Assembly (NCBI GenBank): GCA_963756875.1 | Contig: CAVWPA010000003.1 | Span: 416,001-480,000 of the forward strand | Direction: 5' to 3' | Length of the DNA: 64,000 bases | Origin: an uncultured Verrucomicrobiae bacterium | GTDB lineage: Bacteria > Verrucomicrobiota > Verrucomicrobiia > Chthoniobacterales > UBA10450 | Part shown: positions 29,882 to 39,615 of the stretch, one piece after another | Numbering within the stretch: position 1 is the stretch's first letter | How the letters are laid out: every line of letters begins with the position of its first letter | Translations under genes and position numbers: made by a program | Notes under the pieces: model-generated | Seen by the model: the letters and a program-made list of their open reading frames with translations, nothing else | The model's database searches: none | Told to the model about the DNA's origin: nothing

Positions 29882-30442
29882 TCATTCTTTTGAGACCCAT
29901 ACTGAATCCGGTTCGCTATCGGTTTGTTCCAGGCGCACGCGCACGCTGTCGTTCGCAGCGCTTGGCAGATTCTTACCCACGTAATCCGGACGGATGGGCA
30001 GCTCGCGGTGTCCGCGGTCGATGAGGGTCGCGAGTTGAATTCGGGCCGGCCGGCCGAATGAGCTGAGCGCGTCCATCGCTGCGCGCACGGTGCGGCCGGT
30101 GAAGAGAACATCATCGACAATAATGACGGTGCGCCCCTCAAGCGGCAGCGGCAGCTTCGATTCGCGTACTACCGGCAACTCGGCGCGTCTTCCCACGTCG
30201 TCGCGATGCATGGCCACATCGATAACTCCGGTTTCGACGCCGGGATGCCCGGTTGCGCTAATCAACTCGGCGAGACGTCGCGCGATCTCGACGCCGCGCG
30301 ACGGAATTCCGGCGAGCACCACCAAGCCGAGATCGGGGTTGCGTTCGATGACCTCGTGCGCGATGCGAACCAGCGCACGACGGATCGCTTCCGCGTCCAT
30401 GGTCGGGACGCCGGCAGGGGGATTCTGTTTTGGGTTTTTCAT
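29882..30442 (-). CDS. pyrR: Bifunctional pyr regulator / uracil phosphoribosyltransferase PyrR
   Basis: RIAHEVIERN, IVDDVLFTGRT, DRGHRELPIRPDYVGKN. Confidence 0.96.
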   Translation of the reverse strand: MKNPKQNPPAGVPTMDAEAIRRALVRIAHEVIERNPDLGLVVLAGIPSRGVEIARRLAELISATGHPGVETGVIDVAMHRDDVGRRAELPVVRESKLPLPLEGRTVIIVDDVLFTGRTVRAAMDALSSFGRPARIQLATLIDRGHRELPIRPDYVGKNLPSAANDSVRVRLEQTDSEPDSVWVSKE

Positions 30443-30447
30443 TGCAT

Positions 30448-30480
30448 TCCTTGGCGACCTCTCCGGATCGCTTTAAAGGA
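30448..30480 (-). promoter_or_regulatory. PyrR-binding RNA element overlapping the pyrR RBS
   Basis: UCCUUUAAAGCGAUCCGGAGAGGUCGCCAAGGA resembles the CUUUAA..UCCNGNGAGG PyrR loop consensus. Confidence 0.85.
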
Positions 30481-30488
30481 ACAAAAAA

Positions 30489-30737
30489 TTAGGAGGCTGC
30501 TTTCGTTTCCGCGCGCGCCTCCTTGATTCGCCTCGCTCGCCAGTTGGATCGATGTTTGACGATCCAATCGAGCAGCGCCTTTTCAAAGCCGATGTCTTTC
30601 CCGGCTTTTTCGCTTTCAATCCACTTATGCTTCAAAATCTCTTCGCGCTCGGCCAGGAACTCTTTGTAAAGGACCGAGTTCTTAACGAACTGGGGGTGGT
30701 CTTGCTCTGCTGTCGGCATGTCCCGAGCTTTTTCCAT
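30489..30737 (-). CDS. Small conserved protein, DUF4032-like
   Basis: EREEILKHKWIESEKAGKDIGFEKALLDW. Confidence 0.75.
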   Translation of the reverse strand: MEKARDMPTAEQDHPQFVKNSVLYKEFLAEREEILKHKWIESEKAGKDIGFEKALLDWIVKHRSNWRARRIKEARAETKAAS

Positions 30738-30804
30738 AAAAACGAGAACCGGTCAATCAAAAGTGAATAAGTTCACATAGGGTATGACGTAGCATCGGTC
30801 ATAC

Positions 30805-31872
30805 CTATTTAATCGAGCCAACCTGATCATGCTGCGATACGGCGTCCCGAATTCGGCCGGCGATCTTCCTAAACTCCTCCGCGACAGGTGATTGCGCATC
30901 CTCAGCGACGATCGGCCTGCCCCGATCGCCCGCCTCGCGTGTTGCGATATCGATCGGAATCTGGCCAACCAACGGGACATGCAACCGTTTGGCTTCCCGC
31001 TCGCCACCGCCGCTTCCAAAAATATCGTAGCGTTTGCCGTCACTCGGGCAAACGAAGTAGCTCATGTTCTCGATCAGCCCGATTACCGGGACGTTGACCT
31101 TGTCGAACATGGTGGCCGCTTTGCGCGCATCGATGAGGGCTACCTCCTGCGGGGTTGTAACAATGATCGCGCCCGAAAGTGCCACGGTCTGCACGATGGT
31201 TAACTGGACGTCGCCGGTGCCCGGCGGAAGATCAAGCACCAGATAATCGAGCTCGCCCCAGTCGACGTTACGCAAAAACTGTTGCGTGTAGCGCGTAACC
31301 ATCGGGCCGCGCAAAATTGCCGGCGACGCATCGTCGAGCAAAAACCCCATCGACATCAGTTTGAGGTTGTACTGTTCGATGGGAACAATTTTGTTCTCCT
31401 CCGTGGCCATCGGGCGTTCGCGCGTGCCGAACATGAGTGAAATACTGGGCCCGTAAATGTCGCAATCGCAAAGGCCGACGCGCGCCCCGGTCTGTTCCAG
31501 CGCAAGGGCGAGATTGGCGGCGATGGTCGATTTCCCGACGCCTCCCTTGCCGCTGGCGACGGCGATCACATGGTTGACACCGGGAATCCGCATTGCGGCG
31601 ATTCCCGTGCCCGCACCTGCCGGTGGCGCCTGGATGTCGATCAACACCTTTGCCCGTTGCACGTCGGGGATCCCGAGGAGAATGGTTTCGGCGTTGTTCT
31701 TGATGGTCGCGGGAATATTCGGATCGTTGGTCGCCAGCGCGAGCTGCACTTTGACTTCGCCATCATCGATCTGGACCGACTTGACCAGGCCAAACGACAC
31801 GATGTCGCGTGTGAAACCGGGATATTTTACCGCTTTCAGCGCGTCTATGACCTGTTCTTGCGAAATCGACAT
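30805..31872 (-). CDS. mrp: Mrp/ApbC (NBP35 family) Fe-S carrier ATPase
   Basis: SGKGGVGKST, DIYGPS, DLPPGTGD, ENMSYFVCP. Confidence 0.95.
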   Translation of the reverse strand: MSISQEQVIDALKAVKYPGFTRDIVSFGLVKSVQIDDGEVKVQLALATNDPNIPATIKNNAETILLGIPDVQRAKVLIDIQAPPAGAGTGIAAMRIPGVNHVIAVASGKGGVGKSTIAANLALALEQTGARVGLCDCDIYGPSISLMFGTRERPMATEENKIVPIEQYNLKLMSMGFLLDDASPAILRGPMVTRYTQQFLRNVDWGELDYLVLDLPPGTGDVQLTIVQTVALSGAIIVTTPQEVALIDARKAATMFDKVNVPVIGLIENMSYFVCPSDGKRYDIFGSGGGEREAKRLHVPLVGQIPIDIATREAGDRGRPIVAEDAQSPVAEEFRKIAGRIRDAVSQHDQVGSIK

Positions 31873-31882
31873 TTTCGTAATG

Positions 31883-31957
31883 TGGCAGGGACGGATCGCT
31901 GGAGGCGTCCATTTTGAAACGCGTTCACCGCGCGCCCCGGCGGTCGCGCCCTACCCA
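31883..31957. repeat. Degenerate GTAG-type REP doublet (related to 14637..14690)
   Basis: TGGCAGGGACG...GGCGTCC ... CGCGCCCTACCCA. Confidence 0.55.
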
Positions 31958-32063
31958 TGGAAACTAGCGAGCATTGAAGATGAGTAAAGATTTGTGAAAG
32001 CCCGAAGCTTACAATTTGCAATAAGACCTTGAATAAAGGGTAGCTGCGCGACACGATGCACGC

Positions 32064-32453
32064 ATGAAGATACAACCTACTTTCCGAATTGTTTTGGCTG
32101 CTATCGCGCTGGCGTCCCTGGGCGCCTGCGCAACTTATCCTAAGACTGGCCAGGCGGCGCTCGCTGGCACCTGGACCAACTCGCTCGGCAGCGTCTGGAC
32201 AATGAGCAATGACGGCACATTCACTGTCGATCTCAATAAGGACGGCAAACCGGACGTTTGGGGCAGGTGCACCGTACAGGGCGACATGGTTACGATTCAT
32301 GAAACGAAGGCCAGCAAAACGCCGAAAGGATGCAAGGGCCCGGGCAGCTATAAATTTAGTCGCCCGGACAAAGACTCGCTCCAGTTCACGCTGGTGAAGG
32401 ACAACTGTAAATTGCGCAAGCAAAACGTTCTCAGCGCCTGGCATCAAAAATAG
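32064..32453 (+). CDS. Hypothetical lipoprotein
   Basis: LGAC lipobox; LAGTW beta-barrel-like start. Confidence 0.75.
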   Translation: MKIQPTFRIVLAAIALASLGACATYPKTGQAALAGTWTNSLGSVWTMSNDGTFTVDLNKDGKPDVWGRCTVQGDMVTIHETKASKTPKGCKGPGSYKFSRPDKDSLQFTLVKDNCKLRKQNVLSAWHQK

Positions 32454-32626
32454 GTCCACTGCGATCGGTTAGAGCGATTTATTGACGGGCCCGGCGATTT
32501 GCCGGCGAAAAAAACGGGCGCCGCCGGAAGCGGAGTGTCAAATGCAGTGTGTGCCGACACCCGCTCTTGAAGCTGCGCCACCGAGAGCGGCCACGCGCTC
32601 GCACAGAAAAGGTTTAAATAAGACCG

Positions 32627-33412
32627 ATGCCGGAGCTGCCTGAAGTCGAGACTTTTAAACGATATCTGGATACCACGTCGCTCTATCAGCGTATCGCGCG
32701 CGTTGAAGTGCAGAGCGCGGATCTGTTAAAAGACGTTTCGGCGCGCGAGCTTTCGCTTCGATTAAAGGGGCACTGCTTCGAATCAACCCGGCGGCATGGG
32801 AAGCATCTGTTTGCGCGTGCGAATGACGCATGGGTGAGATTGCACTTCGGCATGAGCGGGTTCCTGCACTATTTCAATGCCAAGGAAAAGGTCCCGCCGC
32901 ACACGAGGGTCCTGTTCGTTTTCGAGAACGATTACCGCCTGGCCTTTGACGATCAGCGCAAGTTCGGCGAGGTCGGGCTGCTGGATGATGCCGATAAGTT
33001 TCTGGAAAAGCGGGGACTCGGTCCGGACGCACTCGATATCGATTTCTCCGAGTTCACGAGGATGATCGGAAAACGTCCCGGGGCTGTGAAATCGACGCTG
33101 CTGAACCAACGACTTATCGCCGGCATCGGAAACATTTACGCCGACGAAATTCTTTTCCACGCAAGCATTCATCCGGCAACGAAGATCGCGCGGCTCGGCG
33201 ACAAGAGAATGAAGAAGCTTTTCCGGGCGATGCGGCACGTCCTCGAAAAAGCGATCGAGTGTCAATCGGACTGGAGCAAGATGCCAAAGTCATGGCTGCT
33301 GACGCATCGCGGAAAAAGCGGCAAATGTCCGCGCTGTGGACGCGAACTGAAATCAGCAAGGATCGGCGGCCGCACCGCCTGGTTTTGTCCGCGCGATCAA
33401 AGCCGCGGTTGA
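32627..33412 (+). CDS. mutM: Fpg/Nei-family DNA glycosylase
   Basis: MPELPEVE, RHGK, HFGMSG, GIGNIYADEIL, CPRC..CPRD finger. Confidence 0.9.
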   Translation: MPELPEVETFKRYLDTTSLYQRIARVEVQSADLLKDVSARELSLRLKGHCFESTRRHGKHLFARANDAWVRLHFGMSGFLHYFNAKEKVPPHTRVLFVFENDYRLAFDDQRKFGEVGLLDDADKFLEKRGLGPDALDIDFSEFTRMIGKRPGAVKSTLLNQRLIAGIGNIYADEILFHASIHPATKIARLGDKRMKKLFRAMRHVLEKAIECQSDWSKMPKSWLLTHRGKSGKCPRCGRELKSARIGGRTAWFCPRDQSRG

Positions 33413-34056
33413 TGGCTCTTGATTGTGTGAACCAGGAACCAGTCACTCGCCAGTCGCGCGACCTGCTCCAGGGTGCCAGGCTCCTCGAACAAATGCGTGG
33501 CTCCAGGCACGATCTCCAATTTCACTTCGCAACGCATCTGTGCGCGGGCTCGCTCGTTCAAATCGATCACCACATGGTCTTCGCCACCGACGATCAGCAG
33601 GGTCGGCGCCTTTACTTTGGGCAACGCTTCACCCGCCAGATCGGGACGGCCTCCGCGCGAAACCACCGCGTTAACCTCTTGCGGTAACTCCGCCGCTGCG
33701 ACCAACGCGGCGCCGCCCCCCGTGCTCGATCCGAAATACCCGATACGCAGATCGCGCGTTGGCGGTTGCTGCTTTACCCATCTCGTTGCGTAAACAAGTC
33801 GCTCGGCGAGCAGGCCGATGTTGAATCGATGTTCGCGTGTGACTAAATCGATCTCTTCTTCTTCCACCGTCAGCAGATCGAAAAGCAGTGTGGCCAGTCC
33901 GGCTTGGTTCAATGTCCGCGCAACGAATTGATTTCGCCGGCTGTGCCGGCTGCTGCCGCTACCATGAGCAAAAAGGACCAGTGCCGTCGCATTTTCGGGC
34001 ACAGTCAGATTTCCCTGCACAATCACCGGCCCGGCGGGAATGCTTACTCCATCCAT
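33397..34056 (-). CDS. Dienelactone hydrolase-like alpha/beta hydrolase
   Basis: FAHGSGSSRHS, GYFGSSTGG, VSRGGRPDLA, ATHLFEEPG. Confidence 0.9.
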   Translation of the reverse strand: MDGVSIPAGPVIVQGNLTVPENATALVLFAHGSGSSRHSRRNQFVARTLNQAGLATLLFDLLTVEEEEIDLVTREHRFNIGLLAERLVYATRWVKQQPPTRDLRIGYFGSSTGGGAALVAAAELPQEVNAVVSRGGRPDLAGEALPKVKAPTLLIVGGEDHVVIDLNERARAQMRCEVKLEIVPGATHLFEEPGTLEQVARLASDWFLVHTIKSHQPRL

Positions 34057-34129
34057 ATTGCGTTATATAATAAGAATCACTGGCCGCGGATGCCTGGACT
34101 GGCAAGACCGCGCGATTTCACGCACAGAT

Positions 34130-34792
34130 TCAGCGCCCGTCATTGTCGATTTGCGCTGCGCGGGCCAGTAGATCGCGCACTTCCTCGTCGCTTGTCTGTG
34201 AAAAATCGTCGTAATACTGGCCGACCGCCTGAAAATATTTTGACACGGTCGCGCAGACGGTCTCATCCGCCACCTGCTCGATTTCGCGACATGTCTCCCA
34301 TGCACCCACCGGGACCGCGACGACAATCCTTGCCACGTCGCGCTGCCGCAAGGCCTTGACGGCGGCGCGCATGGTCGCACCGGTCGCCAGTCCGTCATCG
34401 ACCAGAATCACCGTGCGATTCCGCAGTTCCGGCGCCGGTCTCCCGTCCCGGTATTCCTGTTCGCGTCGTTCCACCTCCGCTGTTTCCCGCACAGTGATGG
34501 TTTCGATGATCTGGTCCGCGTTCGGAAGCGCCCGCGCGACGTCTTCATTCAGAACACGAATGCCGCCCGAGGCGATCGCGCCAACTGCGAGTTCTTCAAA
34601 ACCGGGCACGCCCAGCTTGCGCACAATAAAAACATCGAGAGGCGCGCCCAAATATTGCGCGACTTCGTAAGCGACGGGGACACCTCCGCGCGGCAGACCG
34701 AGCACGATTACATCGTCACGACCCTTGTAGTTCTGAAGCTTCTCCGCGAGCATTCGGCCCGCTTCCGCGCGATTTAAGAAAGCTCTTTCCAT
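34130..34792 (-). CDS. Phosphoribosyltransferase-like protein (paralogue of 2038..2700)
   Basis: [29 protein letters not shown]. Confidence 0.9.
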   Translation of the reverse strand: MERAFLNRAEAGRMLAEKLQNYKGRDDVIVLGLPRGGVPVAYEVAQYLGAPLDVFIVRKLGVPGFEELAVGAIASGGIRVLNEDVARALPNADQIIETITVRETAEVERREQEYRDGRPAPELRNRTVILVDDGLATGATMRAAVKALRQRDVARIVVAVPVGAWETCREIEQVADETVCATVSKYFQAVGQYYDDFSQTSDEEVRDLLARAAQIDNDGR

Positions 34793-34865
34793 GCGGCCTC
34801 GCCGCGGAAGTTTACGCTCCGGAACCAAACCCGGTAAATGAATGTTGCACGCCGAGACGAAGGAA

Positions 34866-35318
34866 TCATCCGCCAGGTTTCGTCTCTCCAAGAAGGTTGA
34901 TTCTCTCTCCGGTATTCCGAACCTCGACAACAAGGTTAACGTATTCCCACCGGCCGAGCGATTTTTTTGCTTCGACGTAGATCGTACCCTTGCCTTTTGG
35001 GCCGGAGATCGGGATTGCGAGATTCGATTCGCCGGACGCTGCGTTCGTGCTCGTGTTGCCCGAAACGAACATTCCTTCTTCAACCGGTGAGCCGAGAGCT
35101 TCGATCACTGTGGGATTCGCTTTCGCCTTGGCGACTGCATCTTTGTACACGCCGGTCGATTTGATCGCGCCGAACGCAATAAATGCGATCGCTATGACGA
35201 AACCAGCTAGCAAAACGATCATCGTCAGACACCCGGCCGGCACGAACCATTTCCAATTCCGTTTCCACCAGTTGCCGCGCGATTGGGCGGGAATCGGTGG
35301 CGGCTCTTCGGCATTCAT
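34866..35318 (-). CDS. Cytochrome oxidase assembly Coa1-like membrane protein
   Basis: WWKRNWKW, TM helix, VIEALGSP, IPISGPKGKGTIYVEA. Confidence 0.75.
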   Translation of the reverse strand: MNAEEPPPIPAQSRGNWWKRNWKWFVPAGCLTMIVLLAGFVIAIAFIAFGAIKSTGVYKDAVAKAKANPTVIEALGSPVEEGMFVSGNTSTNAASGESNLAIPISGPKGKGTIYVEAKKSLGRWEYVNLVVEVRNTGERINLLGETKPGG

Positions 35319-35401
35319 GGCCTGCCACGTTGTCAGACGGGGCTGAAGTTAGCCAGCCCGAACTGTAGTCGCTGGCATCGAGAGAGTCGCCCGGTCCCTT
35401 T

Positions 35402-36874
35402 TTACCGCGGCAACGGTCGTTCCGCGTTCGCAAGCGCGTAAGCGGTCACCGCGACCACTGCCGCGTTCTCAGCCAATTCTTTCGGGACGATTTTATCGAG
35501 CGTGTCGGCAGCGGTGTGATGATAGTTGAAATAGAACCGGCTATCCTGGATCGGCGCGAACGTCGGCACGCCGGCTTTTTCCATCGGCTCGATGTCGGCT
35601 CCGCAATCTTCGACGAGGCTGAGTATGCCCGCGCCCGATTGCTGCAGAATTGCCGCCACGGGTTCGAACAGTTTTTTCACTTCCGGCTTCGCCTTGATGT
35701 TGATTCCAGTTGGATGCCCCGCGCCCAAATCCGTTTCCATCGCGGCGAAGTGATTCGCCCATTCGTTTTCGTGATCTTTCGCGTACGTCTTCGAACCGGC
35801 CGACCCGTTTTCTTCGTTCATCCAGGCAATCACCCGAATTGTGCGCTCCGGTTTGAGGTGAAGCGCGCGAATCAAGTTCGCGACTTCCATCGACACGGCA
35901 ACGCCGGCGCCATCGTCGATCGCGCCCGTCCCCAGGTCCCATGAATCGAGATGACCGGACACAATGACAATCTGCTCCGGATGTTCGCTGCCTTTGATGT
36001 CGCCAATTACATTCGCGCTTGCAGCATCCGGCAAAGTTTTTGGCGTTAGTAAGAGTTTCATCTTCACCGGACCTTGGCGGACAAGATCTACAATCAGGTC
36101 CGCATCTTCGGCCGTGACCGCGCCCGCCGGAATCTTCGGCGCGTCCTCCGCGTATTTTGTCATTCCAGTGTGTGGGATTCGATAATCGGCGTTTCCAACC
36201 GATCGAATCAAACATGCAACCGCGCCTTTCTGCGCCGCGGCGCTTGGACCGGCCATTCGATAAATAACCGCTTCGTCGTACGCTTCGCCACCGCGGCCCT
36301 CGGCGGCCATTTTCTGGTCGAAGGGATAATTGAAAAGCACGATCTTGCCCGCAACTTTCTCGCGCGGCAGGGCTTTCAATTCGTCGAAGTTACTGACCGC
36401 GATCACGTCGGCCGTGATTCCCTCCAAAGGAGTCGCGACGCTTCCGCCAAGCGCGCACAGGACAATTTTCTGGGTCGTGTTTTCCGCCATGCCGGGAAAT
36501 TGCACCAGCGCCGCGGTCTCTTCGCCGCGCACCCAGTGCGGCACCATCACTTTTTCCAGATGCACCTCGCAGCCGACGGCTTTCAGCTCATTCGCGACGT
36601 ACTCCACCGCTTTTTGCGCCTGCGGCGATCCGGATAGCCGCTGCCCGATGTTGTTCGCCAGATGCGCGACCTCTTTGTAAGCGTAGTCGCTGGTTAATGC
36701 CGCTTGTTGCAGTCGTTTCAGGTCGTTCAGCGTTTGTGGCGAAAAGACGGCCGGCGTTGCCGCCGGTGTCGGGCTCTTATTCGGACCGGCAGCTGATGGC
36801 GACGTTCGCCCGTGCACAGGTTCTCCGGCGTAACTGCTCGCCACACATAGAAAGAAGACGATGAGGGATCGCAT
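35402..36874 (-). CDS. Secreted M28-family metallopeptidase (carboxypeptidase Q-like)
   Basis: GHLDSWDLGTGAIDDGAG, NEENG, YHHTAADT. Confidence 0.92.
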   Translation of the reverse strand: MRSLIVFFLCVASSYAGEPVHGRTSPSAAGPNKSPTPAATPAVFSPQTLNDLKRLQQAALTSDYAYKEVAHLANNIGQRLSGSPQAQKAVEYVANELKAVGCEVHLEKVMVPHWVRGEETAALVQFPGMAENTTQKIVLCALGGSVATPLEGITADVIAVSNFDELKALPREKVAGKIVLFNYPFDQKMAAEGRGGEAYDEAVIYRMAGPSAAAQKGAVACLIRSVGNADYRIPHTGMTKYAEDAPKIPAGAVTAEDADLIVDLVRQGPVKMKLLLTPKTLPDAASANVIGDIKGSEHPEQIVIVSGHLDSWDLGTGAIDDGAGVAVSMEVANLIRALHLKPERTIRVIAWMNEENGSAGSKTYAKDHENEWANHFAAMETDLGAGHPTGINIKAKPEVKKLFEPVAAILQQSGAGILSLVEDCGADIEPMEKAGVPTFAPIQDSRFYFNYHHTAADTLDKIVPKELAENAAVVAVTAYALANAERPLPR

Positions 36875-36967
36875 TTGCGTCATCCGCAATCCTATAGGCT
36901 AAACCTTCTTGACGCGGTCATTTTGCCGGCCCTTCTCCGTACCGGCGGAGCACCGGGACAGTTGCCA

Positions 36968-37393
36968 TCAGCTTTTCCGGCCCTCGTCGAAATCGATCAT
37001 GTCTGGAATGGTGACGATGTCCGCACGGTCGGCGATGCTCATTTTCTGTTTTGCCTCCTCGACCATGGGTGAGGCAAAATCGCGCCAACCCAATTTCGAG
37101 GCGAAGCCGTTCCAAACGATCAGGTCGCCTTCATTCAATTGCCGGCCTTTTTGGAAGCACCACTCCAGAATCTCTTCGTCCGTTCCGCCCTGCAGCACGC
37201 GCTCGCGAAGATCGGCGTAATTGATACGCAGAAAATTGCAGCAAGCGCCATCCGCGCGGTCGGCTTTACCGAGATTGCGATGGTAATCCTCGTGCAGTTC
37301 GCCCCGCGCATGCAACCGGATCTTGTCCAGCATCCGCGGGAAATACATCATCCCGCCTGTTTGATCGGTTGGGCTTTTAGGAAAAGTTGTCAT
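36968..37393 (-). CDS. DUF5069-like protein
   Basis: GGMMYFPRMLDKIRLHARGEL ... IDFDEGR. Confidence 0.8.
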   Translation of the reverse strand: MTTFPKSPTDQTGGMMYFPRMLDKIRLHARGELHEDYHRNLGKADRADGACCNFLRINYADLRERVLQGGTDEEILEWCFQKGRQLNEGDLIVWNGFASKLGWRDFASPMVEEAKQKMSIADRADIVTIPDMIDFDEGRKS

Positions 37394-37418
37394 TCCTCGA
37401 TTCTTCGCGTCTTTGAGT

Positions 37419-37450
37419 CAATCCGCAATCCGCAATCGAAAATCCGAAAT
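37419..37450. repeat. Heptamer tandem repeat (AATCCGC-like)
   Basis: CAATCCGCAATCCGCAATCGAAAATCCGAAAT. Confidence 0.7.
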
Positions 37451-37458
37451 TTCGAGAG

Positions 37459-37531
37459 AGCCGGCAGTCGGATTCGAACCGACGACCTGCTGATTACAAA
37501 TCAGCTGCTCTACCAGCTGAGCTATGCCGGC
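37459..37531 (-). tRNA. tRNA-Thr(TGT)
   Basis: GCCGGCATAGCTCAGCTGGTAGAGCAGCTGATTTGTAATCAGCAGGTCGTCGGTTCGAATCCGACTGCCGGCT cloverleaf. Confidence 0.97.
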
Positions 37532-37601
37532 AACAAGAAACAGAATATTTAGCCACAGATTTACACAGATATCGAGATTTGGCCGGAAAACCTCTGCGAT
37601 T

Positions 37602-38297
37602 CTACGGGCGCGATCGTGTTGTGACGGACAGCGGTTCGGCCGTCTCGAGGTTTTTGATGACCGTGCTGAGGTAGACCGATTCCGGATAAAATGCCTTGTA
37701 CTTCGTGATCTCGGCCCGGTTCAAAACTTTAAATCCGTAACGCTCGAACATTTTCTCACCGCGCCTGCTTTCGAACGTGACGATCTGTCCGTAAACGTAT
37801 TTCTCGCCGCAGCGGTATAGATAACTCAGATACGCGCTCATCAGCGCTCGCGTTGTGGACATTTTTCGCGCTTCAGGCAGGAGATTGATGTGGAAATGCG
37901 GAACGCGGCGCGGCGCGGCTGGCACTTCCCGCCAGCCATGCACCAGTGTCCATCGAATAAATCGGCGCGATCTCGGATTGTAACGAAAGTAACGGGTAAG
38001 CGCTTTAACAAAAAGCGATACATTTTGCCAGAACGAGTAGAGCTGGTTCTGCAGCGGCTTGCGCGAGCCCAGCAGATAGCCGCGGATCTCGCCGCCGATC
38101 TCCACTACGAAAGAGGACTCCGGTTCGTGGTCGGTATAATAGGTGGTGAGGAAATCGGCGAACAGTTGCCGGTCCTCGTAAACAGGGTCTATCGGTTCGC
38201 CAAGAAACCCGGTGTCGCAGCAAAGTTTGCGCACCCCGTCGCGATCTGAGGGACGGTAACTCCGAATGATGAACGGCCGGTGATTTTCAGTCTCCAT
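37602..38297 (-). CDS. GNAT-like acetyltransferase
   Basis: IRSYRPSDR..LCCDTG, YYTDHEPESSFV, HFHINLLPEAR; start overlaps the upstream stop. Confidence 0.75.
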   Translation of the reverse strand: METENHRPFIIRSYRPSDRDGVRKLCCDTGFLGEPIDPVYEDRQLFADFLTTYYTDHEPESSFVVEIGGEIRGYLLGSRKPLQNQLYSFWQNVSLFVKALTRYFRYNPRSRRFIRWTLVHGWREVPAAPRRVPHFHINLLPEARKMSTTRALMSAYLSYLYRCGEKYVYGQIVTFESRRGEKMFERYGFKVLNRAEITKYKAFYPESVYLSTVIKNLETAEPLSVTTRSRP

Positions 38298-39475
38298 CAG
38301 GAACGATGATATTCTGCGCAAATCTCGCGATAAATGCAAAAGAGTCGAGCAAATACGCGCGGCCAGCCGTAGGCCTCGCTCGCCGCTCTCGCCGCGCTCG
38401 TGCCCATGGCGGAGAGCTTTTTTTCGCTCGATCGCTCGATCGCGGCAGCCAGCGCTTGAGCGGTATTCTCCTGCGCCCACGCGTCCTGTTCGTGAAAAAT
38501 AATCCGATCCATGTGGCTTCCACGGATTCCCACCACCGGCGTGCCGCATGCCTGGCTTTCGAGCGCAACGAGGCCGAACGTTTCCTGGACGCCTGGGTGA
38601 ACAAATAGATCGGCCGCGCGATAGTAACGAGCGAGATCGGCGGAGTCGTCGCAATAGCGGACCCATGTAATTGCGCCGTCGGTGCGGGCTTGCGATTGGA
38701 GAAGACGACTTCGTCCGGGTCCGTCGCCGATCACGAGCAAATGGAAATCGCCGGGGCGGCGGCCGTTGAGGAGTTCGAAGGCTTCGAACATTGTCGCGGT
38801 GTTCTTCTCTTTTGCGAGGCGGCCAACGTACAGGAGAAGCTTTTGGTCGCTGGCGATGCCTAGCGAAACTCGAATTCCGCCGCTGTCGTTCGGAACGACG
38901 TTGAAAACATCGGTATTCACGCCGAGCGGCACGACATAAACGCTTCGGACACCCCAATCTCGCAATACGCGTGCAAGATTTTCGGACGGTACGAACGTGG
39001 CTTGAAAACGGTTGTAGAGGTCGCGCACATACCGTCCGGCAAAAGTCATCACACCGCGGGTGACGCGCCGGCCGAAATATTTCGCTGCCCTGCGCAAATA
39101 AGCTTCCGGGAAATGAGAATGATAGAAAGCCACGACTGGGATGCCAAGCGCCCGACCGGAGCTGAGCGCGCGCCAGGCGACCTGGTATGGGTCGCTCGAT
39201 TCAATGATGTCAGGGCGCTCTTGTTCCAGAATTTCTCCGACCATGCGCAGATTCAGCAGGGCGCGATAACGCGACGTGCGAGAGAGCAGCGGCGAATGAA
39301 TCGAATAAATCCGCGAGCGGGCGTTCGAAATGACTTCGGTTTTTGCTCCGGGAACGATCAGGACGTGCTCGTCTTCGGGCGCGTGTTTATCGATGTAGGC
39401 GATTTTTTCGTGAACGTAACGCTTCACCCCGCCACTGAGCGGCGAATAGAACTGAGTGAGATCGCAGATCTTCAA
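38297..39475 (-). CDS. Glycosyltransferase family 4
   Basis: KICDLTQFYSPLSGGVKRY, YVGRLAKEK, ETFGLVALESQACGTPVV; TTG start assumed. Confidence 0.92.
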   Translation of the reverse strand: MKICDLTQFYSPLSGGVKRYVHEKIAYIDKHAPEDEHVLIVPGAKTEVISNARSRIYSIHSPLLSRTSRYRALLNLRMVGEILEQERPDIIESSDPYQVAWRALSSGRALGIPVVAFYHSHFPEAYLRRAAKYFGRRVTRGVMTFAGRYVRDLYNRFQATFVPSENLARVLRDWGVRSVYVVPLGVNTDVFNVVPNDSGGIRVSLGIASDQKLLLYVGRLAKEKNTATMFEAFELLNGRRPGDFHLLVIGDGPGRSRLLQSQARTDGAITWVRYCDDSADLARYYRAADLFVHPGVQETFGLVALESQACGTPVVGIRGSHMDRIIFHEQDAWAQENTAQALAAAIERSSEKKLSAMGTSAARAASEAYGWPRVFARLFCIYREICAEYHRS

Positions 39476-39606
39476 AAGCACCAACCTCCAAGCACCAAGC
39501 CGCAGAGAAGCACCAAATTCCAATATTCAAAATTCATTGCGCGCCGCCTTTTTGGCACTTGGTGATTGGAGCTTCTTTGGAGCTTGGGGCTTGGAATTTG
39601 GTGCTT
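39476..39606. repeat. Inverted cassette of degenerate heptamer repeats
   Basis: AAGCACCAA/CTCCAA arrays facing TTGGAGCTT/TTGGTGCTT arrays. Confidence 0.7.
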
Positions 39607-39615
39607 CCGTGCCGA

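Noticed and set aside
28990..30024. 344-aa plus-strand ORF and similar long antisense ORFs (e.g. 60866..62008)
   Set aside because: These are shadows of real genes in GC-rich DNA with no recognisable motifs.
33320..33400. Fpg zinc finger ending CPRD instead of CxxC
   Set aside because: Single-residue variant; Asp can ligate zinc and non-canonical fingers occur in this family.
38298..38957. N-terminal half of the 451-aa ORF 37602..38957
   Set aside because: It is an alternative frame of the GT4 gene; the GNAT-like protein starts at 38297.
39476..39606. Possible CRISPR array
   Set aside because: Degenerate 7-mers in inverted arrangement; no constant repeat with unique spacers and no cas genes.
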